Positions 17,284-25,975 of a stretch of DNA of 64,000 bases are shown here, piece by piece. A program made the translations under genes and the position numbers. Source of the stretch: Candidatus Foliamicus sp. (lineage in GTDB: Bacteria > Pseudomonadota > Gammaproteobacteria > Steroidobacterales > Foliamicaceae). The DNA lies in assembly GCA_965221325.1 (NCBI GenBank), contig OZ244880.1, one strand, 5' to 3'. Under the pieces are notes generated by a model that worked only from the letters and a program-made list of their open reading frames with translations, was not told the DNA's origin and made no database searches. Position 1 is the stretch's first letter, and each line of letters begins with the position of its first letter.

Positions 17284-18723
17284 ATGGCACAGTACGAGTA
17301 TCGCAAATTCTTCATCGGCGGCGAGTGGGTCGATGCCAGCGAGACGCGGGAGTTGACCGTAATCAACCCGGCCACCGAGGAACCCGCCGGCGTGATTTCA
17401 ATCGGAAGCGCTGTGGATGTCGATCGCGCCGTGGCAGCGGCGCGCAAGGCGTTCCTGAGCTATTCGCAAACCGGCAAACAGGAACGCCTCGACTTGATCG
17501 ACGCGTTTATCGACGCCTACAAGGCGCGCTACGACGATATGGCGGACGCCATTACCGCGGAAATGGGCGCGCCCAAGCGTCTTTCCACCAAGGCGCAGGC
17601 GGCGATGGGCGTAGTGATCGCCAAGGCCGTCCGGCGGCTGTTGGAGAACTTCGCTTTCGAGGAGCAGCGCGGCGGCACGCTGATTCGCCGCGAGCCGATA
17701 GGCGTGTGCGGTTTCATTACGCCCTGGAACTGGCCGGTCAACCAGATCGCGCTCAAGGTGCTGCCAGCGCTGGCCGCCGGCTGCACGATGGTGCTGAAGC
17801 CGAGCGAGATAGCCCCCTTCAGCGGCGCGATCTTCGCCGAGATAGTCGCCGCCGCCGGAGTGCCGGCCGGTGTCTTTAACGTGGTCAACGGAGACGGGCC
17901 GGGGGTGGGTCAAGCCATCGCCGCTCATCCCGGCATCGACATGGTTTCGTTCACCGGCTCCACCCGCGGAGGAATCGCGGTGGCCGCCACTGCGGCTGGA
18001 ACGGTCAAGCGGGTCAGCCAGGAATTGGGCGGCAAATCACCCAGCCTGATCCTTGACGAGGCCTCGCTGGAACATGGCGTGGTCAGCAGCATGCGCAGTG
18101 TGTGCATGAACACCGGTCAGTCGTGCAACGCTCCAACCCGTCTCTTGGTGCCAGCCAGCCTCCATGACAAAGCCGTGGCGCTGTCAGTGGCCTCCGCGTC
18201 CAAGGCGCGAATCGGCGACCCCAAATCCGAAAGCACCACCTTAGGGCCGCTGGTCAGCGAAGCCCAGTTCGAAAAGGTCCAGGCGCTGATCCGCAAGGGT
18301 GTCGAGGAAGGCGCATCGCTGGCGACCGGAGGCCCGGGCAAGCCCGATGGCATCGAAAAGGGATACTTCGTCAAACCGACGGTGTTCGGAAACGTGAGCA
18401 ATGACATGACAATCGCCCGCGAGGAGATTTTCGGCCCCGTGCTATGCGTGATTCCCTACCAGGACCTGGCCGAAGCAATCGCCATCGCCAACGATACCGA
18501 TTACGGCCTGGCCGCCTACGTATGGGGCGGAGACCTCGAACAGGCCCGCAACGTTGCCGCGCAACTGCGCGCCGGTCAGGTCTGCCTGAACGGCCAATCG
18601 GGCGACAGCAGCGCCCCGTTCGGCGGCTACAAGCAATCCGGCAACGGCCGCGAATCCGGCCCGGAAGGCCTCGAGGAATTCCTCGAAACCAAAGCAGTGC
18701 TCGGCTACGAGCAGGCCGCCTGA
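17284..18723 (+). CDS. NAD(P)-dependent aldehyde dehydrogenase
   Basis: ELGGKSP, catalytic Cys in NTGQSCNAPTR, EEIFGPV. ATG 17284 is preceded by AAAGGAG; the track start at 17239 is probably too far upstream. Confidence 0.9.
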   Translation: MAQYEYRKFFIGGEWVDASETRELTVINPATEEPAGVISIGSAVDVDRAVAAARKAFLSYSQTGKQERLDLIDAFIDAYKARYDDMADAITAEMGAPKRLSTKAQAAMGVVIAKAVRRLLENFAFEEQRGGTLIRREPIGVCGFITPWNWPVNQIALKVLPALAAGCTMVLKPSEIAPFSGAIFAEIVAAAGVPAGVFNVVNGDGPGVGQAIAAHPGIDMVSFTGSTRGGIAVAATAAGTVKRVSQELGGKSPSLILDEASLEHGVVSSMRSVCMNTGQSCNAPTRLLVPASLHDKAVALSVASASKARIGDPKSESTTLGPLVSEAQFEKVQALIRKGVEEGASLATGGPGKPDGIEKGYFVKPTVFGNVSNDMTIAREEIFGPVLCVIPYQDLAEAIAIANDTDYGLAAYVWGGDLEQARNVAAQLRAGQVCLNGQSGDSSAPFGGYKQSGNGRESGPEGLEEFLETKAVLGYEQAA

Positions 18724-18808
18724 CCTCGGTGATCTCAATAGGAGTCACTACGTTAGCTCGGATCGGCTCTGGAAGTTTCGTCTAGAGCGCTTTATCCGAC
18801 ACGCCAAT

Positions 18809-19567
18809 ATGAGCGATTTCCAGCTGCTCATGAGCCTCCACCGGCATGCGGAACGGCAAGGGCCGGGAGGGGAGGAGGAAACAAGGCGGGCGTTTGAACT
18901 GACCGGACTCGATCGGTCGCGCCCGCTGAAGATCGCGGATATAGGCTGCGGCACAGGCGCATCGGCGATCCTCCTTGCCAGGGAGACGAACGCTGTAATC
19001 ACCGGCGTGGACTTACTGCCGGAATTTCTCCACGAGCTTGAATCCAGAGCGAAAACCCATGGGGTGGCGGACAGGGTCACCACGCTGAACTGTTCAATGG
19101 ATGCCCTGCCGTTCGCGGAGGGGGAATACGACGTGATATGGTCCGAGGGGGCCATTTGCAACATGGGCTTCGAGGCCGGCGTGTCGACCTGGAAGCGATT
19201 CCTGAAGCCCGGAGGAAGCCTCGTTGTTTCAGAGATTACCTGGCTCGGCGCCACGCGGCCGCGGGAGATCCAGTCCTACTGGGAAGCGGAATACCCGGAG
19301 ATTGACGTTGCTTCCGCGAAGCTCGGAACCCTTGAGCGGCATGGCTACAACCCAGTGGCTTACTTCGTCTTGCCGCCGCATTGCTGGCTTGAGAATTACT
19401 ATTGCCCCATGCAGGGCCGCTTTGCCGCGTTCCTCAAACGTCACGGCCAAAGTGATCGGGCGAAGGCCATCGTCGAAATGGAAAGACGCGAAATCGCCCT
19501 TTATCAAAAGTACCGTGACTACTACGGTTACGGAGTCTATCTGGCGAAAAGACGGGCGGACGGCTGA
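18809..19567 (+). CDS. class I SAM-dependent methyltransferase
   Basis: Motif I IADIGCGTGA and a downstream acidic-loop pattern. 252 aa. Confidence 0.8.
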   Translation: MSDFQLLMSLHRHAERQGPGGEEETRRAFELTGLDRSRPLKIADIGCGTGASAILLARETNAVITGVDLLPEFLHELESRAKTHGVADRVTTLNCSMDALPFAEGEYDVIWSEGAICNMGFEAGVSTWKRFLKPGGSLVVSEITWLGATRPREIQSYWEAEYPEIDVASAKLGTLERHGYNPVAYFVLPPHCWLENYYCPMQGRFAAFLKRHGQSDRAKAIVEMERREIALYQKYRDYYGYGVYLAKRRADG

Positions 19568-19575
19568 TAGCCTGA

Positions 19576-21147
19576 TTAATCGCTGCTGTTCACACTTGGG
19601 AAGCGCTTGGACTCGCCCCATTCAACCTGGGTTTCTTTCCCCGGCATAGCGAGACGCACCCCTTTGGCTGCTGCGGTTGCCTCGTTTTCAAAAGCATTGC
19701 AGGTTGTCAATTCTGCGACCGTATCCTCCAACGTAGTCCAGCGCACCGCTGCCGTCCACCGCCAAGCGAAATCCAACGCACGCACCAAAGGCACCGCAGC
19801 GCCTCCGGCGGAGTGAGCCCGTTGGGCAGAAATATAGTTCTCGCGATAGACCGTCGGAATGACAATACGCTCTTCGTTCACAGCCGCGAACTCCGCATTC
19901 ATCATGATCCGCGCCAGCCGTCCGTTCCCGTCAGCGAACGGATGGACCTCGGAAATCAGAAAATGCATGAACACAGCCCGATGAAATCCCGCATCCAGCC
20001 CGCAATGTATATCAAAGCCGCGCATTAGCGTCCCGAGAACCGCGTCGGGCGCCACGAAGACGGTGCCCCCGACTCGGTTCGTCGCGGTCTTGAAGCTACC
20101 GGGAAATGCTTCGGGGCGTCCGCCAAGCACCAGGGCATGACGGCTGCGTAGGAGATCAATCAACTCGTCAGCAGTCTTCGGCACGCGCCGGATCTCGGAG
20201 GCATCCGACACGATTTGCCAAACGCCCAAGATGTCGTGCGCATCAGCGGGGCGCTGTCGCGGGATTTGCCCGCGGAACACAATATTCGCGGCTTCCTCAA
20301 CTTCGAACTGAGTTCCTTCAATGTAGTTGGAAAAGTAGGCTTCGAAGAATGCCAGCGTGGCGCTACCTACCCCGTCGCGGGCGGGCGGGCGGATTGTCGG
20401 CGCCGACGTTTGCTGCAAGGTCGAGAACAATTCTTCGAACATTACAATCCGCTCGGCATCGTACGCCTGCCCGCGAGCACGGGCACGGGCACGGCGACCC
20501 GTCAGGCGCGCTTCCTGAGTTCCGGACAACGCCCCAATAATGCGGTTTAGTTCCTCGTGTTGCCGGGTTCTGTCGAGCGCGGCAGCGACTCGGCGGGCAT
20601 CATCGCGCAACCGGCTGAGCGCCTCATTTCCGGCTGAAGCAAGCAATTTCTCCAATTGCTCTTCAATTTCACTGCGTGGAATCGTTCGCGGCAGCCGGTT
20701 GCCGCGACCCCGCGAAGGAACCAGATTATCGAGGTAGGCACGGGCCGTTGAACTCAAGAACAAGTGCTGACCCATGAAGGGGCGATCATTGTCTTGAGGC
20801 GGCGCGCCGCGGCGGGGACGCAAGATCACGCCTGGCAGCTTGACATCCCTGCCACGCGGCGCAACTAAGCACAACGAGCCGTCGACCGCCGGCTGCAGTT
20901 CAACAGCGGTCCGGTCCGCCACTAGTGCGCCTGGGAAATAGCCCGCGACGATGGCCCATAGATTGCGCAGCACGATGCGTTCAGGCACGTCCTCGAAGTT
21001 GCGCGTGTAAAGGCGCGTTGCCAGCTTACGCAGGCGCCCGCCCCGGACACGCCGCGAGACTTCGTTGCTGATGCGGGCACTCGAAACAAACGCTTCCGGC
21101 ATCGAATCTACGACCTGTTTGGGTGAAAGTATTGAGTTATCGACCAT
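19576..21147 (-). CDS. Fic-family protein (class II type) with AbiEi-like N-terminal domain
   Basis: Fic core HPFADGNGRLARIMMN (HxFx[DE]GNGRxxR) and an upstream inhibitory-helix motif SNYIEG ([ST]xxxE[GN]). The N-terminal segments RRVRGGRLRKLATRLYTRN and FLSSTARAYLDNL resemble AbiEi antitoxin/wHTH domains. Confidence 0.85.
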   Translation of the reverse strand: MVDNSILSPKQVVDSMPEAFVSSARISNEVSRRVRGGRLRKLATRLYTRNFEDVPERIVLRNLWAIVAGYFPGALVADRTAVELQPAVDGSLCLVAPRGRDVKLPGVILRPRRGAPPQDNDRPFMGQHLFLSSTARAYLDNLVPSRGRGNRLPRTIPRSEIEEQLEKLLASAGNEALSRLRDDARRVAAALDRTRQHEELNRIIGALSGTQEARLTGRRARARARGQAYDAERIVMFEELFSTLQQTSAPTIRPPARDGVGSATLAFFEAYFSNYIEGTQFEVEEAANIVFRGQIPRQRPADAHDILGVWQIVSDASEIRRVPKTADELIDLLRSRHALVLGGRPEAFPGSFKTATNRVGGTVFVAPDAVLGTLMRGFDIHCGLDAGFHRAVFMHFLISEVHPFADGNGRLARIMMNAEFAAVNEERIVIPTVYRENYISAQRAHSAGGAAVPLVRALDFAWRWTAAVRWTTLEDTVAELTTCNAFENEATAAAKGVRLAMPGKETQVEWGESKRFPSVNSSD

Positions 21148-21382
21148 GATTCAACGCGAAAAGATAATAAACCGCAGTTAACGGCTGGAAAATGATGATA
21201 AATGCGATTTTACCCCGGATATCTCATCAGATTCCGGGGGCCTTAGGCGAAGGCTGCCGCGAATCTGCACATGCTCACGAGTGAAGGCATGGCCGGACCT
21301 GTAAACTGAGTCCTATACTTCCTCGCATTGGCGCCTGGTTTGCGCCTGGGGTACGCAAGAAGAAAAGGCTACGCCGGAGTGG

Positions 21383-22303
21383 CTAATCTTCCGTGGCGGT
21401 GAGGGAGCGGGCGACGCGGAAGCCGAAGAAACTGTAGCGGATTTCTTCGGGGTCGCGGCCGCGGAAGGTCAGCCGCTGGCGGTCGGGGCGTGTAATCCAG
21501 CTACCGCCTCGCACGCTTCGGCGATCACACTGGCCAGGCGGCGTCGCAACCGCCGAACCGTCCGTGGGTAGTTCGGACGTATAGGGCTCTACGTAGCAGT
21601 CCTCAACCCACTCCCACACATTGCCGGCCACATCGTGGAGGCCAAAGGCGTTGGGCTGGAACATCCCCACCGGCGCCAGTGTCGGAAAGCCGTCGTCGCA
21701 ATCCGCTGCCTGCCAGTCGAAAGCGTGTACGGGTACCGCGCTTGCGTCATATACGTTGGCGTATGCGCAGGCCTGGTGCGGACCCTCTCCCCAGGTGAAT
21801 CGGCCTACTGCTCCGGCCCGCGCGGCGTATTCCCATTCGGCTTCCGTAGGCAGGCGGTAGGGCTGGCCGCTGGTCCGAGCGAGCCAATCGACATAAGCCC
21901 GCGCAGCCAGCCAACTCACGCAGGTTACGGGATGATCGGGTTCCGGGTTCTGGCCCAGCCTCAGGTCCGCCCAATGCGACTCCGGATGAATCTGCCACTC
22001 GCCTTCGAATTTGCCGCGACAACCCTTGCCGGCCTCGTAGCCGGTAGCGGAGACGAAGGCGGCAAACTGTCCATTCGTTACCTCGAACTTGCCCATTGCA
22101 AAGTCGCGAACGATACGGACTTCCCGAGGCGGGCCTTCCGGCCGGCCCTCTTCACCGCCCTCCGCGCCCATGACGAACTCGCCGCCAGGCACCACGATCA
22201 TCTCCGGGCAACCGCCGCAGTCGAGAAATGCCGCTTGCGAGCCGCTGCCCTCCGCCTGGACTGCTGCAGCCAAGCCGAGGGAGAAGAGCAGAAATGGCGC
22301 CAT
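21383..22303 (-). CDS. secreted FGE-sulfatase-fold (SUMF1/EgtB/PvdO family) protein, paralogue 1
   Basis: Signal peptide MAPFLLFSLGLAAAVQA, CGGCPEMIVVPGGEFVMG, HPVTCVSW, YRLPTEAEWEYAARAG, HDVAGNVWEWVEDCY, RGGSW. GTG 22351 is an alternative start. Confidence 0.85.
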   Translation of the reverse strand: MAPFLLFSLGLAAAVQAEGSGSQAAFLDCGGCPEMIVVPGGEFVMGAEGGEEGRPEGPPREVRIVRDFAMGKFEVTNGQFAAFVSATGYEAGKGCRGKFEGEWQIHPESHWADLRLGQNPEPDHPVTCVSWLAARAYVDWLARTSGQPYRLPTEAEWEYAARAGAVGRFTWGEGPHQACAYANVYDASAVPVHAFDWQAADCDDGFPTLAPVGMFQPNAFGLHDVAGNVWEWVEDCYVEPYTSELPTDGSAVATPPGQCDRRSVRGGSWITRPDRQRLTFRGRDPEEIRYSFFGFRVARSLTATED

Positions 22304-22385
22304 TCGATGCAGACGCGTTGTGGCGAAAATTGGACCCAGCCCTCCCAACACGTTCGTCAGTACGGTCTTGCGCGGTTAGCGAATC

Positions 22386-23327
22386 TCACTCCTGTTCGCT
22401 TTCGGCGAGCGAACGGGCGACGCGGAAGCCGAAGAAACTGTAGCGCACTGTTTCGGGGTCGCGGCCGCGGAACGTTACGCGCTGCCAGGGATAATTCGTC
22501 AGCCAGCTTCCGCCGCGTACGCTGCGGTTATCGCACTGGCCGGGCGGCGGTCCGTACGCCGAACCATCCACCGGCATGGCGTCCGAATAGAGCACTTCGT
22601 AGCAGTCCTCCACCCATTCCCAGAGGTTGCCGGTAACGTCGTGAAGTCCGAAGCCGTTAGCCTGGAACCGGCCCACCGGCGCCAGCGTCGAAAAGCCATC
22701 GTCGCAATTCACTCGCGGCCAGCCGAAGTTATGCACGGCGTCGGTGCTGATGTCGTACATATTCGCGTAGGTACAGCCCTGGTGGGGATCTTCGCCCCAG
22801 GGATAGAACTCACCCGAACCGGCGCGCGCCGCGTATTCCCACTCGGCTTCGCTGGGTAGCCGGTAGGTTTGGCCGCTGGTTTCCGATAGCCAGGCCACGT
22901 AGGCGCGCGCGTCGAGCCAGCTCACGCAGGCTACGGGATGCTCCGGCTGCCACTCTTGACCCAGGCGCAGATCGGTCCAATGCGCCTCCGGGTCCATTGC
23001 CCATTCGTCGCCGATGTAGCCACGGCAGCCGGGTTCCATCTCGTAACCGGTGGCAGACGTGAAGGCCTGGTATTGCGCATTGGTGATCTCGTACTTGCCC
23101 AGCGCAAAGGGTTGGGCGATGCGGACTGCGCGCGGCGGTCCCATGGGGCGTTCGTCCACTGCGTCCTCGCTGCCCATGACGAACGCGCCAGGCGGCACCA
23201 CTACCATCTCCGGGCAGTGATCGCAGTCCTGGAACGTTTCCGGAGCCGCTTCTTGCGCCAAAGCAACTTGGATGGCAAGCCCCGCGATGAGGACCGAAAG
23301 CAGTATGAATCGATTGTTGGTTGTCAT
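22386..23327 (-). CDS. secreted FGE-sulfatase-fold protein, paralogue 2
   Basis: Same motif set (CDHCPEMVVVPPGAFVMG, YRLPSEAEWEYAARAG, HDVTGNLWEWVEDCY, RGGSW). ATG 23327 lies 1 nt after the upstream paralogue's stop (TAGcATG). Confidence 0.85.
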   Translation of the reverse strand: MTTNNRFILLSVLIAGLAIQVALAQEAAPETFQDCDHCPEMVVVPPGAFVMGSEDAVDERPMGPPRAVRIAQPFALGKYEITNAQYQAFTSATGYEMEPGCRGYIGDEWAMDPEAHWTDLRLGQEWQPEHPVACVSWLDARAYVAWLSETSGQTYRLPSEAEWEYAARAGSGEFYPWGEDPHQGCTYANMYDISTDAVHNFGWPRVNCDDGFSTLAPVGRFQANGFGLHDVTGNLWEWVEDCYEVLYSDAMPVDGSAYGPPPGQCDNRSVRGGSWLTNYPWQRVTFRGRDPETVRYSFFGFRVARSLAESEQE

Positions 23328-23328
23328 G

Positions 23329-24288
23329 CTATTGCTCCGAATCGTGTGGCTCTTCAAGTGAACGGGCCACGCGAAACCCGAAGATCGAGTAGCGACGATC
23401 TTCGGGGTCGCGCCCCCGGAAATAGAGACTCTGGCGGCTTATGCGGCTTGTCCAGCTCCCGCCGCGCACACTGCGGTTCTCGCACTGGCCCGGCAGCGGA
23501 CTGTAGGCCGACCCATCGGCGGGAATATGGGCGGGATACGGCGCCTCGTAACAATCCTCCACCCACTCCCAGAGATTACCCGCCACGTCGTGCAGCCCGA
23601 AGCCGTTCGCCTGCAGCCGGCCCACCGGCGCCAGCTTTGCAAACCCGTCGTCGCAATCGGCAGCCTGCCAGCTATAGCCGTGCGCGGCTTGCGCGCTGAT
23701 GTCATAGACATTGGCGTATGCGCAGGCTGCTAGCGGATCGTCGCCCCATGCGAATCGTCCGCTGGCGTCGCCGCGCGCCGCATACTCCCATTCGGCCTCG
23801 CTGGGCAGCCGGTAGGGCTGGCCGGTTTTCTCGGCCAGCCAAGCGACGTAGGCGCGCGCGTCCAGCCAATTCACGCAGGCCACCGGATGCTCCGGCTGAT
23901 ACGCCTGCCCGGTGCGCAGGTCGGTCCAGTGCGCTTCGGAATGCAGCAGCCACCCGTCGCCATCGCGCACCGCGCAAGGCGGAGTCGTCTCGTATCCGGA
24001 GTCGGCAACAAACGCGGCGAATTCCCGGTTGGTGACCTCGAACTTGCCGATGGCGAACGGTCGGGCAATACGCACCAGGTGCGGCGGCCCATCCGGCCTG
24101 CCTACCTCGCCGCCTTCCGTTCCCATCACGAACTCGCCGGGTGGCACCACCAGCATACGCGGGCAATGCTCGCATTCCTGAAATTCGTCACCGGGCAGTG
24201 CTTCCTGTACTTGTGTCCCCGCCGCCGCCAACGCCTCAGGTGGCGCGAGCGAAGCCAGGAGCGCTGCCACTACAATTGCCAAAGCCAT
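23329..24288 (-). CDS. secreted FGE-sulfatase-fold protein, paralogue 3
   Basis: Signal peptide MALAIVVAALLASLAPPEALAA and the same motif set (CEHCPRMLVVPPGEFVMG, YRLPSEAEWEYAARG, HDVAGNLWEWVEDCY, RGGSW). Confidence 0.85.
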   Translation of the reverse strand: MALAIVVAALLASLAPPEALAAAGTQVQEALPGDEFQECEHCPRMLVVPPGEFVMGTEGGEVGRPDGPPHLVRIARPFAIGKFEVTNREFAAFVADSGYETTPPCAVRDGDGWLLHSEAHWTDLRTGQAYQPEHPVACVNWLDARAYVAWLAEKTGQPYRLPSEAEWEYAARGDASGRFAWGDDPLAACAYANVYDISAQAAHGYSWQAADCDDGFAKLAPVGRLQANGFGLHDVAGNLWEWVEDCYEAPYPAHIPADGSAYSPLPGQCENRSVRGGSWTSRISRQSLYFRGRDPEDRRYSIFGFRVARSLEEPHDSEQ

Positions 24289-24394
24289 CTATGCGATTCC
24301 CCAATTCGCGGTAGGACGCCATTACGGCCTCCGCATCGCAGCATAGCATGGCGATTAACCCAGCACGGCGGGGGAGCGCCCGGACTAGCGAGCG

Positions 24395-25975
24395 GTGAGA
24401 AAGGCACTATTGACCGGCGCGGCGGGCGGGCTTTTGTGGGCGACTGCCTATAGCGTCTATGCAGCGTGGCCAGTGCTGCGCTGGCTGGCCGGCATAGCCG
24501 CGCTGACCCTGCTCCTGTCGCTGTGGACGGACGCGCAGGCCCGGCAATCTCCCAAGGCCGCAGCCGCGGGCAGTTTTGCGTTCGGCCTGATCGCTTTCTC
24601 GGGCGCTTGTCACTGGATCTACCACAGCGTTCGCATCGTTAATGAAGGCCCTATTGCGCTGGCGGTGGCGCTGGTCGTGCTGCTCGCCTCGGTCATGGCC
24701 TGCTGGTACGCAATAGGCGGCTATTGGGCTGCGCGGATTGCTCCACATCGAAGCTGGCTGGCGCCGCTTGTGATTCTGCCCTCGGTGCTGACGCTGACGG
24801 AATGGCTGCGAGGCTGGGCGTTCACGGGATTTCCATGGCTCAGCGCCGGCTACCTCACCGGTCCCGTGTTCGCCGGCAAGTGGCCGGCGACCCTGGCTTC
24901 GCTGGGCGGCGTTTACCTGGTCGGGTGGCTTACGGCCGCGTTGGCAGGGGCTTGCCTCATTGTCCTGCGCTCGCACTCTGGCGTGTTGTTCAGGGCCGCG
25001 ATGCTGCTTGTTCTGCTGGGCGGCGTCGCCGGCTTGGGACAACTGCCGGCCCCGGCGGCGGACATAAGCGCCATCGGCGATTTGCGGGTGCGCCTGGTGC
25101 AGGGCGGCATTCCGCAGGAACGCAAGTGGCTCCCGGAAGAATTCGAACCTACCCTGCTGACCTACGAGACGCTGAGCTTCGCCCGCCCATGGCGGGACGT
25201 GCCGGCAGTGCGCCCGGAGCTGATAATCTGGCCTGAAGTCGCAATTCCGTCCACCCGCGAGACGATGGCGGACTACCTTGAAGAGATGGACCGCCTGACG
25301 CGCGAACGCGATATCGCGCTGGCGCTGGGTATTCTCACCGACACGGGCAACGGCAGATTCAATTCCCTGATTGTGCTGGGCAAGGGCGAGGGCGTGTATC
25401 ACAAGTCGCACCTTGTGCCCTTCGGGGAGTTCTTTCCGGTTCCCGATGCGGTGCGGGATTGGCTGCTGCGTATGCGCCTGCCGGCCAGCGATCTGCTCGC
25501 CGGCCCGCCCACACAAGCGCCGCTGCGGGCAGGCGAGGCGATTTGCGGCGCCAGCATCTGCTACGAAGCGGCCTTCGGCAACCAGCAACGCGCCTGGACG
25601 CCTTGGGCGGAAGTGCTGATTAACGTGAGCAACGATGGCTGGTTCGGCGACACGATAGCCCTCGAACAACACCTGGACATGGCGCGCATGCGAGCAATGG
25701 AGGCAGGGCGATATTTGTTGCGGACAACCGGCACCGGAATCACCGCGGTCATAGATCCAACAGGGAACATAAGGGCGCGCCTGCCGAAATACGAAGCGGC
25801 TTACCTCGATGCGCTCGTACCCCGGCTATCGGGATCAACCTTCTACGCGCGCTATGGCGACGCACCCATCGTTATACTGTGCCTGCTTGCGGGCATGGCC
25901 TTGCCGGCGGCGAAGCGGCTGCTGAGTCGGGGCGTCCCGGCAAGTGGCCGGAAGCGGGACGGAGGGCAGCGATGA
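24395..25975 (+). CDS. lnt: apolipoprotein N-acyltransferase
   Basis: N-terminal multi-TM domain plus a C-terminal nitrilase-like domain with IIWPE, YHKSHLVPFGEF and catalytic Cys in ASICYEAAF. GTG start. Confidence 0.9.
   Translation: MRKALLTGAAGGLLWATAYSVYAAWPVLRWLAGIAALTLLLSLWTDAQARQSPKAAAAGSFAFGLIAFSGACHWIYHSVRIVNEGPIALAVALVVLLASVMACWYAIGGYWAARIAPHRSWLAPLVILPSVLTLTEWLRGWAFTGFPWLSAGYLTGPVFAGKWPATLASLGGVYLVGWLTAALAGACLIVLRSHSGVLFRAAMLLVLLGGVAGLGQLPAPAADISAIGDLRVRLVQGGIPQERKWLPEEFEPTLLTYETLSFARPWRDVPAVRPELIIWPEVAIPSTRETMADYLEEMDRLTRERDIALALGILTDTGNGRFNSLIVLGKGEGVYHKSHLVPFGEFFPVPDAVRDWLLRMRLPASDLLAGPPTQAPLRAGEAICGASICYEAAFGNQQRAWTPWAEVLINVSNDGWFGDTIALEQHLDMARMRAMEAGRYLLRTTGTGITAVIDPTGNIRARLPKYEAAYLDALVPRLSGSTFYARYGDAPIVILCLLAGMALPAAKRLLSRGVPASGRKRDGGQR

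Noticed and set aside
21383-24288. FGE-fold (C-type-lectin-like) paralogues as targets of a diversity-generating retroelement.
   Set aside because: No reverse transcriptase or template repeat is in the window. Differences among the paralogues are spread over the whole proteins rather than being adenine-specific in a C-terminal variable region.
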